DNA of 64,000 bases from Acidilobus sp. (GTDB lineage: Archaea; Thermoproteota; Thermoprotei_A; Sulfolobales; Acidilobaceae): contig JBMFHE010000003.1 of assembly GCA_049977005.1 (NCBI GenBank), positions 92,694 to 156,693 on the forward strand, read 5' to 3'. Under the pieces are notes generated by a model. That model had not been told where the DNA came from. It ran no database searches and saw only the letters and a list, made by a program, of their open reading frames with translations. The position numbers were made by a program, and so were the translations under genes. Positions within the stretch are counted from its first letter, which is position 1. Each line of letters begins with the position of its first letter. Positions 26,985-37,050 of the stretch are shown here, one piece after another.

Positions 26985-27689
26985 TTGCCAAGAAAACAGG
27001 AATACGTTATAGCTTGGATTGAGCTGAAGGGGCAGAGGTTTGAGATACTGGTAAAGCCTGACGAGGCGTTCAAGTTCAAGGAAGGCGAGAAGGTACCGAT
27101 CTCTGACATTCTTTGGTCCGACACAGTGTATAAGGACGTCAGGAAGGGCCTGAAGGCCAGCCCTGACGCCCTCAAGAAGGCATTTGGAACCGAGGACATC
27201 AACGTGATCGCCGAAAGGATCCTGAGGGAGGGGCAGATCCAGCTTACCGAGGAGGAGAGGAAGAAGATCATTGAGATGAAGAGGAGGCAGATCATAAACT
27301 ACATAGCGAGGAACGCTGTTGACCCAAAGACGGGGGCCCCGATACCAGAGAGCAGGATAGAGTCCCTCTTTGAGCAGCTTCGTATAGGTGTTGACCCATT
27401 CAAGCCCGTGGAGGCCCAGGCGCTAGAAGCTATCAAGAGGATCGCCAGCGTGATACCTATAAAGATCGCAAGGGCCCTCCTAGAGGTCACAATACCTGCC
27501 ATGTACGCCGGCAGGGCGATCGGCGAGATAAAGAGGCTCGGGGACGTCAAGAAGACCGCCTGGCTTGACGACGGCAGCCTCAAGGTAGAGCTTGAGATCC
27601 CTGCCGGCATGCAGCTCGAGGTCATAGATAAGATACAGAGCCTGTCGAGAGGCCAGGCGCATGTTAACGTCAGGGTGACGTCGGCTTGA
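26985..27689 (+). CDS. Ribosome maturation factor SBDS
   Basis: RFEILVKP, GQIQLT, VDPKT..P, IPAG. Confidence 0.95.
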   Translation: MPRKQEYVIAWIELKGQRFEILVKPDEAFKFKEGEKVPISDILWSDTVYKDVRKGLKASPDALKKAFGTEDINVIAERILREGQIQLTEEERKKIIEMKRRQIINYIARNAVDPKTGAPIPESRIESLFEQLRIGVDPFKPVEAQALEAIKRIASVIPIKIARALLEVTIPAMYAGRAIGEIKRLGDVKKTAWLDDGSLKVELEIPAGMQLEVIDKIQSLSRGQAHVNVRVTSA

Positions 27690-28396
27690 TGCAGCAGGGC
27701 CCTCAGGCCCCAAGAAGACGCATAGTCTTGCCAGGGGAAATAATAGAGGGGCTTGAGGACTACGAGGGCATTTACGCCTATCAGCAGGGTAACATGATAA
27801 GGGCTGCTGTCGTAGGCCTTGTCGACACGGGCCAGGAGGGCGTCAACTACGTCCCCCTCAAGGGGTTCTACTTCCCGAGGGTGGGCGATGTGGTTATTGG
27901 GCTCGTCACGTCGCACGGAGCCGCCAACTGGTTCCTTGACATTAATTCCCCTTATCAGGCCGTCCTGAGCGTCCAGGACTTCTTTGGCGTTAAGCAGGGA
28001 GGACAGGTCCCAGACGACCCCTTCTCTTACTTAAGCATAGGCGATTACGTGAAGGCCAAGATAATAGCGTTCGACAGGACCAGGGACCCCGTCCTGACCG
28101 TCCAGGAGAAGGGCCTGGGACGGATCTTAGAGGGCACCGTGGTCACGGTGAAGCCTGTCAAGGTGCCAAGGATAATTGGCAGGAAGGGCTCAATGCTAGA
28201 GGTTCTTAAGAGTAGCACGGGCTGCGACTTCTTCGTCGCCGTCAATGGGAGGGTACACATAACGTGCCCCAACGAGGTGCTTCAGGAGATAGCCATAATG
28301 GCGATAGAGATGATAGAGGAGCAGTCCCACGTGGCCGGCCTCACAAAGAAGGTTAAGGACTTTATAGAAGAGGAGCGCAAGGTACGGGGGGTGTGA
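27689..28396 (+). CDS. rrp4: Exosome RNA-binding subunit Rrp4
   Basis: PRVGDVVIG (S1 domain), [11 protein letters not shown] (KH domain). Confidence 0.95.
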   Translation: MQQGPQAPRRRIVLPGEIIEGLEDYEGIYAYQQGNMIRAAVVGLVDTGQEGVNYVPLKGFYFPRVGDVVIGLVTSHGAANWFLDINSPYQAVLSVQDFFGVKQGGQVPDDPFSYLSIGDYVKAKIIAFDRTRDPVLTVQEKGLGRILEGTVVTVKPVKVPRIIGRKGSMLEVLKSSTGCDFFVAVNGRVHITCPNEVLQEIAIMAIEMIEEQSHVAGLTKKVKDFIEEERKVRGV

Positions 28397-28397
28397 C

Positions 28398-29126
28398 GTG
28401 AAGCAGAGGCCAGAAAGGTTCTTCGACGAGCACGGGAGGAGGCTGGATGGCAGGCTACCTGACGAGATGAGACCTGTCGATATAAAGGTCGGGGTGCTGT
28501 CGAACGCTGATGGCTCCGCCCTCGTCAGCTACGGGAAGACCAAGGTGATAGCCGCCGTCTATGGGCCCCGAGAGCCGCCGCAGAGGTATACCCTCCTGCC
28601 CGACAGGGCGTCGCTTTTCGTCAGGTACCACATGGCTCCCTTCTCAACAGAGGAGAGGAAGAACCCAGCGCCTACCAGGAGGGAGATAGAGCTCTCAAAG
28701 GTCATAAGGGAGGCCCTGGAGCCGGTCGTGCTCACTGAGCAGTTCCCGAGGACGGCCATCGAGGTCTACGTTGAGGTCCTTCAGTCAGACGGGGGGACTA
28801 GGACTGCAAGCATAACAGCAGCGTCAGTTGCGCTGGCCGACGCTGGCATTCCGATGAGGGCCCTGGTGGGAGGGGTCGCGGTGGGGAAGGTTGACGGCAC
28901 GCTCGTCCTGGACCTCAACGAGCCTGAGGACAACTTCGGAGAGGCCGACATGCCGGTCGCGGCGGCTCCCGACCTAGGATTAATAACGCTCTTCCAGCTT
29001 AACGGCGTGCTGACCCCCGAGGAGGTTCAGAGAGGAGTTGACATGGCCTTAAAGGCCATCTCTTCAATTGTAGAGAAGGAGAAGGAGGCCTTGAGGTCCT
29101 CGATAGAGGAGGTGGAGGTAGAGTGA
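28398..29126 (+). CDS. rrp41: Exosome subunit Rrp41
   Basis: RLDGR, ADGSA, YGPRE, SDGGTR, EADMP. Confidence 0.96.
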   Translation: MKQRPERFFDEHGRRLDGRLPDEMRPVDIKVGVLSNADGSALVSYGKTKVIAAVYGPREPPQRYTLLPDRASLFVRYHMAPFSTEERKNPAPTRREIELSKVIREALEPVVLTEQFPRTAIEVYVEVLQSDGGTRTASITAASVALADAGIPMRALVGGVAVGKVDGTLVLDLNEPEDNFGEADMPVAAAPDLGLITLFQLNGVLTPEEVQRGVDMALKAISSIVEKEKEALRSSIEEVEVE

Positions 29127-29980
29127 GCTACACCCCATACAGGCTTCCCGTCGTGTCTAAGATCAAAAGCGAGAGCCTCCTCAACATGCTGAAGAGGGGC
29201 ATAAGGTCTGACCAGCGAGACCTTGTCAGCCCCCGTAACATATCAATTGAGGTAGGCGTCATAGAGAAGGCCAATGGCTCAGCCCTCGTCAAACTTGGGA
29301 AGACCCAGGTACTGGTTGGCGTAAAGATAGAGCTGGGGAGGCCCTTCCCCGACACGCCGGACGAAGGCGTTCTGCAGGTCAACTCTGAGCTAGTCCCTAT
29401 GGCGTCACCTGTGTTCGAGCCTGGGCCCCCAGACGAGAACGCCATTGAGCTTGCGAGGGTCATAGACAGGAGCCTCAGGGATCCGAAGGTCATAGACCTC
29501 AAGTCCCTCGTAATAAGGCCAGGCGAAAAGGCGTGGACCGTCTGGGTTGACATCTACGTGCTCGACTACGACGGGAACTACTTTGACGCGAGCATGCTCG
29601 GGACCATGGCAGCCCTGATGAACACCAGGCTCCCAGAGTACGAGGAGACGGAGTCCGGTGACGTAATAGTCCACAGGGACAAGCTCACCACGCCCCTGAA
29701 GCTGAACAAGAGGGTTGTCCTCGTTACCTCGGCTAAGATAGGCGATTACATCGTCATAGACCCTAACCTGGACGAGGAGCTAGTCGCGAGCTCAAGGCTC
29801 GTGTTGGCCTTCGATGAGCAGGGCACCATAGTTGGGGCCCAGAAGACCGGCATCGGCGCCTACACCAGGGACGAGCTGTTCAGGGCCATAGAGATCTCGA
29901 GGAGGGCCTCACAGATTTACTTTAAATTGCTGGACCAGGCTCTGGGGCTGGGCAAGGCCCAGAGCACAGGGGTGAGCTGA
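29123..29980 (+). CDS. rrp42: Exosome subunit Rrp42
   Basis: [32 protein letters not shown]. Confidence 0.96.
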   Translation: MSYTPYRLPVVSKIKSESLLNMLKRGIRSDQRDLVSPRNISIEVGVIEKANGSALVKLGKTQVLVGVKIELGRPFPDTPDEGVLQVNSELVPMASPVFEPGPPDENAIELARVIDRSLRDPKVIDLKSLVIRPGEKAWTVWVDIYVLDYDGNYFDASMLGTMAALMNTRLPEYEETESGDVIVHRDKLTTPLKLNKRVVLVTSAKIGDYIVIDPNLDEELVASSRLVLAFDEQGTIVGAQKTGIGAYTRDELFRAIEISRRASQIYFKLLDQALGLGKAQSTGVS

Positions 29981-29981
29981 G

Positions 29982-30251
29982 GTGGTCTATAGCCACACCA
30001 AGGTCGTCGGTATAGCTGGGAGGTATGGAGCAAGGTACGGCTCAACCCTGAGGAAGAGAGTTAAGGCGGTCCTCGAGAAGAGGTACGCCCCTCACCAGTG
30101 TCCCTTCTGCGCAAGCGTAGGAACCGTGAAGAGGATTTCGACGGGGCTGTGGAAGTGCGTTAAGTGCGGCCACGTGTGGGCCGGAGGGGCCTATGTCCCA
30201 AGGACGGAGCTGGCCACCTACTTGCCCAGCTACTTCTCCACAGGGTCGTAA
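29982..30251 (+). CDS. rpl37ae: 50S ribosomal protein L37ae (eL43)
   Basis: GRYGARYGSTLRK, CPFC, WKCVKC, AGGAY. Confidence 0.96.
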   Translation: MVYSHTKVVGIAGRYGARYGSTLRKRVKAVLEKRYAPHQCPFCASVGTVKRISTGLWKCVKCGHVWAGGAYVPRTELATYLPSYFSTGS

Positions 30252-30850
30252 TGGGGAAAGCCCCTTTGTCAGATGAGGGCGTGCTCCCTCTCAGGCTCCT
30301 TAGGCAGCTCCAGGGTAAATCTCGGCGGCCACGCATAATAATAACGACTAGCCACAGGCCGAGCAGGAGGACCAGGTCTCTGGTTAAGGACCTAGAGGCC
30401 GTCATAGATGGCTCCGTCAGGCTCACGCGGGGCCACCTGTCGTTCCAGGAATTGGCCGCCATAGCCCGAGAGCTGGGGGTCACCAGGGTCGTCATGATAT
30501 TTGAGAGAAAGGGCAACCCCGGCCTCATAGTTAGCTACGCCCTAAGCGACGCCGGCCTGTCGGAAGTTGCTAGGATCCAGTTATCAGGCGTCACCCTTAG
30601 GAGGGAGCTCAGGTCAAGGGCCGATATAAGGTGTCAGGGCGTGTACTCGGCCACTCCCGACGCGGAGGCCGTGGCGGACCTGATAGCGAAGGCCTTTGAC
30701 CTTAACCGCGTTGAGGGCCCCGTTGGAGGGTACCTCGAGGTTAAGAAGGAGGAAGGGGTCTTCGTGGTCATGCCAAGGTATGGCAGCTCCTTCTCTGGCC
30801 CGGTGTTGAGGGTACGGTGGAGGGAAGGTGGAGGCGCTGGCAGAGGTTGA
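30251..30850 (+). CDS. Brix-domain (Imp4-like) ribosome biogenesis protein
   Basis: ITTSHRPSRRTRSLVKDL, RG, ERKGNPG; ATG overlaps the rpl37ae stop. Confidence 0.85.
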   Translation: MGKAPLSDEGVLPLRLLRQLQGKSRRPRIIITTSHRPSRRTRSLVKDLEAVIDGSVRLTRGHLSFQELAAIARELGVTRVVMIFERKGNPGLIVSYALSDAGLSEVARIQLSGVTLRRELRSRADIRCQGVYSATPDAEAVADLIAKAFDLNRVEGPVGGYLEVKKEEGVFVVMPRYGSSFSGPVLRVRWREGGGAGRG

Positions 30851-31109
30851 GCTCTGCCTAGGCCAGCTGGTCTCGCCACTGCTAGCCGCGCTCAAGGCTG
30901 AGGCCTCTCAGCCGGCCCAGCCATCAAAGGGCTCAGTTGCCGTGAATTTGGAAGGGGGCTGCCTAAGGTTGACGTTGGAGGCCAAAGACGTAGGAGACCT
31001 GAGGGCCCTGCTGAACTCCTACCTGTACCTGATACACGCTGCCTACAGCAGCCTGGTCAGGCTTGACCAGGGCTCTGCGTCGACTCAAGGACGTCAAGCC
31101 ACCACTTGA
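30828..31109 (+). CDS. KEOPS Pcc1-family protein
   Basis: LTLEAKD..LRALLNSYL motif; follows the Brix gene. Confidence 0.8.
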   Translation: MEALAEVELCLGQLVSPLLAALKAEASQPAQPSKGSVAVNLEGGCLRLTLEAKDVGDLRALLNSYLYLIHAAYSSLVRLDQGSASTQGRQATT

Positions 31110-31356
31110 TCTCATCAAGGGGTATGGGGGTCCTTCCGGCGGGACCCTCTACATATGCGTCCTTGGGCGTCAGTTCCCCGTCAGCCTCCACTTTCAGTAT
31201 AACGACGACCTCCCTCTCCTCCTCAGGTACCCCCTCAATGGAGGCGGCCTCCTGCATCGAGGGGGCCCTAGCCCTCAGCTCGACTATGTCGTCCCTTACC
31301 GTGATTGAGTACATGGGGTTGCCCCCCAAGGCCTGCATCAGCTCGCTAAGCTTCAC
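31057..31356 (-). CDS. Hypothetical protein
   Basis: 99-aa ORF divergent from rpl15e. Confidence 0.6.
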   Translation of the reverse strand: MKLSELMQALGGNPMYSITVRDDIVELRARAPSMQEAASIEGVPEEEREVVVILKVEADGELTPKDAYVEGPAGRTPIPLDEIKWWLDVLESTQSPGQA

Positions 31357-31427
31357 GGCTTATCAACAACCCTATGAGCGAATAGGTTTTAAAAACCCTT
31401 GAAGTCAGATGGCGGGGAAGGGTAAGG

Positions 31428-32081
31428 ATGGCGCACGGGCTCTACCACTACATCGCTGAGGCCTGGAAGAGGCCATACGACGGCGACCATGGCCAGCTCA
31501 TGAAGGAGAGGCTGATAGAGTGGAGGAAGCAGCCGACCGTGGTCAGAGTTGACAAGCCGCTGAGGCTTAACAGGGCAAGGGCCCTGGGCTACAAGGCAAA
31601 GCAGGGAGTCATTGTCGTCAGGGTAAGGGTCAGGAAGGGAGGACAGAGGAAGCCGAGGCCCAGGTCCGGTAGGAGGCCTAAGAGGATGGGCGTAGAAGGC
31701 TACACGCTAGCCAAGGGCCTTCAGGTGGTGGCTGAGGAGAGGGCGCAGAGGAAGTACCCAAACCTAGTCGTCCTCGGGAGCTACTACGTCGGCGAGGACG
31801 GCCAGTATAAGTGGTACGAGGTCATAATGGTTGACCCTAACGCCCCCACGATCAGGTCGGACCCGCAGCTGAAGTGGGTGGCCGAGAGCGCCAGCGCGAA
31901 GGGGAGGCCGTTCAGGGGCCTTACCATGGCTGGGAAGAGAGCCAGGGGCCTCCTGAGCTCAAGGGGCCTGAAGGGGACCCACATACACAAGTGGAAGAAG
32001 AAGCAGAAGGAGAGGGAGGAGAAGAGGAGGCACGAGGCGAGCAGGGGGGCCAGGCTAATAGAGCCAGAGGATAAGAAGTAA
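31428..32081 (+). CDS. rpl15e: 50S ribosomal protein L15e
   Basis: [38 protein letters not shown]. Confidence 0.97.
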   Translation: MAHGLYHYIAEAWKRPYDGDHGQLMKERLIEWRKQPTVVRVDKPLRLNRARALGYKAKQGVIVVRVRVRKGGQRKPRPRSGRRPKRMGVEGYTLAKGLQVVAEERAQRKYPNLVVLGSYYVGEDGQYKWYEVIMVDPNAPTIRSDPQLKWVAESASAKGRPFRGLTMAGKRARGLLSSRGLKGTHIHKWKKKQKEREEKRRHEASRGARLIEPEDKK

Positions 32082-32094
32082 TTGGTGCAAGTCC

Positions 32095-32526
32095 TTGACC
32101 GTTGCCGTACGTTCACTTGAGGCCAGGGTCTTCGTTCACGCCACCGAGGACAAGTCGAAGGTACTAATAGCCCTCAGGAACGTAATTGGGGAGGCGCAGG
32201 TAACGGAGGAGGACCTAAGGGGGTATTTCGGCAATCAGATCATAGTTATGACAGCCCATTGCGGCCCTGAAGCGGCCGGCCAGGTGTTTGACAGGATACT
32301 TCAGGGGCTGTCAGAGCCTGACAGGAGGTTTCTGCTCTCGACGCTTGAGGAGCGGCTGACGAAGGACGGCGCCCTACACCTAAGGCTTGACAAGCAGAAG
32401 GCGCTCAAGGGCAAGTTCGTCCTAAACGACTCCGATGACGTAATCAAGATCGTTGTAAGGTTCTCAGGCGGAAGGAAGGGCGCTGAAGAATATATTAGGT
32501 CCAAGGCCCAGGTAAATAGCTCCTGA
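32095..32526 (+). CDS. RNA-binding protein (DUF54 type)
   Basis: VHATED.SKV, GYFGN.I, LRLDKQ. Confidence 0.85.
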   Translation: MTVAVRSLEARVFVHATEDKSKVLIALRNVIGEAQVTEEDLRGYFGNQIIVMTAHCGPEAAGQVFDRILQGLSEPDRRFLLSTLEERLTKDGALHLRLDKQKALKGKFVLNDSDDVIKIVVRFSGGRKGAEEYIRSKAQVNSS

Positions 32527-33167
32527 TGTTACGTCTGTCGTTCATAGACCTGTCCGTCAGCCCGAGGAGTGAGGAGGAGCTCCTTCGGCTAGCTGAGAGA
32601 GCGAGGCTTCTCGGCTATGCTGCCCTTGGCGTCGACCATCAACTTTATCAAAGGCTCAGGGAGGGCCCTGCGGCTCTTAGGCTGAGGGCGTACCCGAGGA
32701 TAACGGTAGAGGCCAGCGGAAAGGACGACCTGTTCAGGGCGCTTTCAAGGGCCCCCTCGGACGTAATAGTGGCGGCTGACGTGAGGGGGCTCGAGGCCTA
32801 CAGGTACGCAGCTAGGTCGAAGAGGGTTGACATTATTCGGCTCGACCCCAGGACAGGCCTGTTCCCGGACAGGTCAACACTTAACTTATTTAGGGTAAAG
32901 GGAGGAGGGGCTATAGAGATTTCCCTGAGGCCACTGCTGGAGGGGGAATGGGGGCTCAAGGAGCTGAGGGACGTGCTTCAGCGGGCTCTGAGAAGGGGCC
33001 TCAGGGTCGTCCTGGTCAGCGACGCCGCAAGGGCAGAGGACCTTTGGCACCCCCTACACGTGATAGGCCTCGTAAGGTCCCTGGGGCTGCCTTCGGAGCT
33101 TGCCCTGATGGGCTTAGCCAGCGCCCCCGGCTTTATCATCTCCAGGCGGGGCCTCAGTCCACCTTAA
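32526..33167 (+). CDS. rnp3: RNase P protein Rpp30
   Basis: VDII, IEISL.PLL, VLVSDA; context after rpl15e-DUF54. Confidence 0.8.
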   Translation: MLRLSFIDLSVSPRSEEELLRLAERARLLGYAALGVDHQLYQRLREGPAALRLRAYPRITVEASGKDDLFRALSRAPSDVIVAADVRGLEAYRYAARSKRVDIIRLDPRTGLFPDRSTLNLFRVKGGGAIEISLRPLLEGEWGLKELRDVLQRALRRGLRVVLVSDAARAEDLWHPLHVIGLVRSLGLPSELALMGLASAPGFIISRRGLSPP

Positions 33168-34130
33168 CGGGTTCCCTGACAGAGACCTGTAGGCGAACAG
33201 GAGGCAGCTGCGCACCTTATGCCTCTCGACAAGCTCAGGGCACCTACTTATGACAAACTCGGCCTTCCCGTTCAGGTAATCTTCTAGTGGGGCGGGATTG
33301 TCGAGCTGGGCGTTGTTCAGGAAGACGCAGCTTGGGCCCGCGTACTTAAACAGCTGCGGGTGGACGCTGACCAGCTCCTTCCAGGTAAGCCATGCGACGT
33401 GCCTTATCTCCCACTGGGCGTGAGAGCACATGCGCAGGGGTAAGAATGACTGGATCAGCTCCCTGGCGTTCATAGTGAAGGTGATCTTTGTCCTGACGGA
33501 CATAGGTATCACAAACCTCGCGTCCTCGCGAGGAGCTCCTCTCGCGAGGAGCTCATAGTACCTTGACGTAGCTTCGAGGAGCTCCTTGGCGTACGTCATA
33601 AGCCTCTCATCGCTTACTGCGAGGCTAGGAGGTATGACGTAACTCGTCCAGGCGAGCCTCACGACCTCAGCCCCCTCGAGCGCTTCTGCAGCCTGCCTCA
33701 GGGCCCTCGCGTAGCAGCTGTACGCCTCGCGGGCGCCCTCGCCCTTCGGCCTAGCCGGGCACTCGACCCCGACGAGCCCTGACGCCCTGAGCGCCATATC
33801 CCTGAGGGAGGCCTCCGTGTACCTCATGCTCTGCTGGGTGTAGCTGGCGATCCTATGCCTCACAAGCTGGTGCGAGCAGACCCTTGAGCACCCCTCGGCA
33901 ACCAGGGTGTAGCTTGCGTGCTCCCATGGGCTTAGGTGCCCCCTCTTCAGGGTCTCCCTGATCCAGACCTCTATCTCTTCATCGCCTATAGAAAGGAGAT
34001 CCTCGGCCCCCTTCCTGGACACGCTCATCTTTGACGCGGCAGCGACAATCCTGGGGGCGTCCTGGGCGTACTGTATCAGCTTGACCGTTATCCCAAGGCC
34101 CAGCTCAGAGATAATCGCCGTAGCCCTCAA
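33114..34130 (-). CDS. thyX: FAD-dependent thymidylate synthase
   Basis: GHLSPWEH, SHQLVRHRIASYTQQSMRY, EDARFV, MNAREL, AQWEIR; start uncertain (TTG at 34130). Confidence 0.93.
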   Translation of the reverse strand: MRATAIISELGLGITVKLIQYAQDAPRIVAAASKMSVSRKGAEDLLSIGDEEIEVWIRETLKRGHLSPWEHASYTLVAEGCSRVCSHQLVRHRIASYTQQSMRYTEASLRDMALRASGLVGVECPARPKGEGAREAYSCYARALRQAAEALEGAEVVRLAWTSYVIPPSLAVSDERLMTYAKELLEATSRYYELLARGAPREDARFVIPMSVRTKITFTMNARELIQSFLPLRMCSHAQWEIRHVAWLTWKELVSVHPQLFKYAGPSCVFLNNAQLDNPAPLEDYLNGKAEFVISRCPELVERHKVRSCLLFAYRSLSGNPLRWTEAPPGDDKAGGAG

Positions 34131-34191
34131 GCTTCCCTTGATAGCTGACAGGCCGAGGCCTATTAGGGTGATCAGCCAGGTGGACAGGCCC

Positions 34192-34647
34192 CTACTTCGC
34201 TTCAAGGAGCAGGTCGCTTATCGTGTTGTAGAGTTGGGGGTCACGCTCCCTCAGCTTCTCAAGAGTCCACGGCTTCCAGCCGCCGACCTTCACTTTCGAG
34301 ACCACGTTCCTGATCCATGACTCGTAGACCTTTGAGCAGTTCCCATAGTTCTTACAGCTCCTCTGTACGAAGTCGAGGATCTCAGAGATTGCGTCCCTTT
34401 CGTCAAGCCCTTTAACGTTGACCAGGTACCTCGCTATGACGTAGAGGATGAGCCTGTGCCTACCGTCAGGGACTCCCCTCTCCAAGACCCGCTCAACCCA
34501 TTCATAGGAGGCGGTCCTCTTGCCTTCCTGCTTGGCTGAGCACATGTCCGGTTTAGGGCACATGTCCTCAAGGATGGACTTAGCTATCTGCTCGCAGGAC
34601 GCTTCATCGACGCACTTCAAGATAGCCTCCTCAAACTTTATCGCCAT
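34192..34647 (-). CDS. priX: DNA primase noncatalytic subunit PriX
   Basis: YEWVERVLERGVPDGRHRLILY..RYLVNVKGL, KVYESWI. Confidence 0.85.
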   Translation of the reverse strand: MAIKFEEAILKCVDEASCEQIAKSILEDMCPKPDMCSAKQEGKRTASYEWVERVLERGVPDGRHRLILYVIARYLVNVKGLDERDAISEILDFVQRSCKNYGNCSKVYESWIRNVVSKVKVGGWKPWTLEKLRERDPQLYNTISDLLLEAK

Positions 34648-34708
34648 GTCCCCGGCACAATGTTGTCGTGGAACCCTTATTAACCCATGCAGGCAGGTAA
34701 CGGTGGGT

Positions 34709-34816
34709 AGCCGGGTCGTCTAGCGGCCCAGGATGCGGGGCTCTGGACGGGGCCGCTAGACAGCTGGCGCCGGGAGATCCCCCGTGACCGGGGTTCGAAT
34801 CCCCGCCCGGCTACCA
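34709..34816 (+). tRNA. tRNA-Gln(CTG) with a 32-nt intron at 37/38 (34747-34778), CCA encoded
   Basis: AGCCGGG/CCCGGCT acceptor stem, CGGGG/CCCCG anticodon stem, BHB (CTCT pairing GGAG, outer helix CGG/CCG), GTTCGAATC. Confidence 0.93.
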
Positions 34817-34866
34817 CATCGCTTCTTGTAACCGCTTATTTAGGCGGCCGGAATCCCACATAGCTG

Positions 34867-35553
34867 GTGGCAGGCTTGCCATTCGACGTTGCTAAGCTTC
34901 AGGTGTTCGGCAACAGTAACGTTGGGGTCTACATGTATGCCAACGATAAGTTCGCCCTCGTCCCTCCCGGACTGACGCCGAAGGACATAGATACTATCTC
35001 AAAGGTGCTTCAGGTCGACGTCTATGAGGCCACAGTACTGGGCACCAGGCTCGTCGGAGTGCTCGTCGCTGGCAACAACAACGCCCTTTTAGTCCCAGAG
35101 GGCGTGAGCGAGGAGGAGCTCAGCAGGCTGAAGGGCAACCTGGGAGACTTTAACGTAGTCGTGGTCAGGAGCAGGAACAACGCGCTGGGCAACCTCATAG
35201 TCGCGAATAGTCATGGCGCCCTCGTGTATCCAAACCTTGAGGATGAAGTTGTCAGGACCCTGAAGGACGCGCTCGGAGTAGATGTCGTAAAGAGGTCTAT
35301 AGCAGGCGTCAGCACCGTTGGGGCCGTCGTGGCCGTCACCGACGTAGGAGGGCTCGTTCACCCTGACGCAACGGATGAGGAGATCGAGTTCCTGAAAGAC
35401 CTCTTCAAGGTCCCGTTCAGGACGGGCACGGTTAACTTTGGGGTCTCCTTCGTTAGGACAGGGCTGGTGGTTAACACCAAGGGGGCCATCGTTGGAAGCG
35501 ATACGAGCGGCCCCGAGATAGCTAGGATACAGATGACGTTTGCAGGGCTTTAG
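34867..35553 (+). CDS. eif6: Translation initiation factor aIF6
   Basis: [27 protein letters not shown]. Confidence 0.95.
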   Translation: MAGLPFDVAKLQVFGNSNVGVYMYANDKFALVPPGLTPKDIDTISKVLQVDVYEATVLGTRLVGVLVAGNNNALLVPEGVSEEELSRLKGNLGDFNVVVVRSRNNALGNLIVANSHGALVYPNLEDEVVRTLKDALGVDVVKRSIAGVSTVGAVVAVTDVGGLVHPDATDEEIEFLKDLFKVPFRTGTVNFGVSFVRTGLVVNTKGAIVGSDTSGPEIARIQMTFAGL

Positions 35554-35888
35554 CCCTTCTGCTTCTCGGCGGGCGCCTCCTTGACGACCTTCCCAGGCGG
35601 AAGCTTGGCCTTGGCGAGCGACACGATGGCCTTCGTGACGCCCTCTTCGCTGACTATAGTCACGAGGACCCTAACCCTCCTCGGGGGCCGCCTTATACCC
35701 CTGCTCCACACGTAGTTGTTGACGTCGTTTAATATGACGACCCTCTCCGGTGGAACCTTTGAGTGCCTTGAGATGAACTCCCTAAGGAGGTCCACGGCCC
35801 TCTTGGCCCTGTTGGTGCTCCTCCCGTAGTAAACCCTGCTCAGGTTGACGACGTATACCGCGCTCTCGCCAGGCTCCATATCTGTCAC
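35550..35888 (-). CDS. rpl31e: 50S ribosomal protein L31e
   Basis: [17 protein letters not shown]. Confidence 0.93.
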   Translation of the reverse strand: MTDMEPGESAVYVVNLSRVYYGRSTNRAKRAVDLLREFISRHSKVPPERVVILNDVNNYVWSRGIRRPPRRVRVLVTIVSEEGVTKAIVSLAKAKLPPGKVVKEAPAEKQKG

Positions 35889-35889
35889 C

Positions 35890-36045
35890 TCACACCTTCA
35901 GCTTCACAGACCTCCAGTGCCTCCTCTTGGGGTTCAGCGTGAACTTCCTCAAGGTCTTTACAATCACCCACGCAGGCACTGGCTGGTTGCTCTTAAACGC
36001 CCTGGCGAGCCTGAGCTTCCGCGCGAGAGGCTTATGCCTTGACAT
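35890..36045 (-). CDS. rpl39e: 50S ribosomal protein L39e (not in the ORF track)
   Basis: Manual translation: [51 protein letters not shown]. Confidence 0.95.
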   Translation of the reverse strand: MSRHKPLARKLRLARAFKSNQPVPAWVIVKTLRKFTLNPKRRHWRSVKLKV

Positions 36046-36053
36046 GCTCCCAC

Positions 36054-36419
36054 CTACTTGCGCTTAAACCTTATCTCGAACTCCCTCCGCGAGCGGCTGT
36101 CCAGTTCCATTAATATGCTTTTAACCGTTTCGTCGTCAACGGGCGGACGGAGCCTTCCGGACTGAACCAGGGTTATTATCGTCTGTATGGCCGCCTGCGC
36201 CAGCTCGGGCCTGACGAGCCTCAGGTTCGTAATCCTGTTCATGGCGTCAGGGTCAAGAATGGCCCTTAGAACGGCCATGAGCTCGGCCTCCTTCCTTGCC
36301 TGCTCCTCCTGGGCCCTCCTCTTCTCCTCTATCTGCCGCCTCAGCTCCTCAAGCTTTCTCCTCTTCAGCTCCTCGAGCTCCTCGTCATATTCGTCCTCAG
36401 AGTCGTCATAGACACTCAT
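36054..36419 (-). CDS. PDCD5-family DNA-binding protein
   Basis: [32 protein letters not shown]; sits upstream of rpl39e. Confidence 0.9.
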   Translation of the reverse strand: MSVYDDSEDEYDEELEELKRRKLEELRRQIEEKRRAQEEQARKEAELMAVLRAILDPDAMNRITNLRLVRPELAQAAIQTIITLVQSGRLRPPVDDETVKSILMELDSRSRREFEIRFKRK

Positions 36420-36498
36420 GGTAGCCCTAGCCTCTTGAACCTGGAGGGCTAATAAAATATCTTAAAAATCTAATACCGTGAGGCTGAGGGGGCGCGGG

Positions 36499-37050
36499 TT
36501 GAGGCTGTTCATAGCTGTCGACATAGATAGGCCCGAGTTAGTAAAGAGGCTCGAAGAGATAGAGGACGAGCTCCTGTCGCTTCGTGTACCGATGAAGCTC
36601 GTGGAGCCGGAGAACTTTCACATAACTATAAGGTTCATCGGAGAGGTCGCGGACTACGTCGCAAGCGAGATCAGGGGCAGGGTCCTGCCAAGCCTCAGGT
36701 TTAAGCCCTTCAGGTTAAAGCTCGCAGGGGTCGGCGCGTTCCCGAACCCATCTAACGCAAGGGTCATATGGGTCGGAATCGTTGAGGGGTTTGAGGAGCT
36801 TAAGGAGATAAGGGAGCAGGTCGACAGGGGCCTGAAGGAGATAGGCCTGAGCCTGGAGGAGGAGGAGTTCACCCCCCATTTGACCATAGCCAGGGTGAAG
36901 GAGAGGGGCTCGCCGGCCGTGCTCAAGTTCATAATGGAGAAGGCAAACTATGAGATAGGTGAGATGGAGGTCAGGTCGGTCAGGCTGAAGAAGAGCACGC
37001 TCACGCCGAGGGGCCCAATATATGAGACCCTGGCGGAGGCAAGGGTTTAA
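36499..37050 (+). CDS. thpR: RNA 2',3'-cyclic phosphodiesterase (2H family)
   Basis: Two HxT motifs (HITI, HLTI), RLFIAV, SxLTxxGPIY. Confidence 0.92.
   Translation: MRLFIAVDIDRPELVKRLEEIEDELLSLRVPMKLVEPENFHITIRFIGEVADYVASEIRGRVLPSLRFKPFRLKLAGVGAFPNPSNARVIWVGIVEGFEELKEIREQVDRGLKEIGLSLEEEEFTPHLTIARVKERGSPAVLKFIMEKANYEIGEMEVRSVRLKKSTLTPRGPIYETLAEARV

Noticed and set aside
30251-30340. Expected rpoP between rpl37ae and the Brix gene
   Set aside because: No Zn-ribbon ORF seen; the gene is presumably elsewhere in the genome
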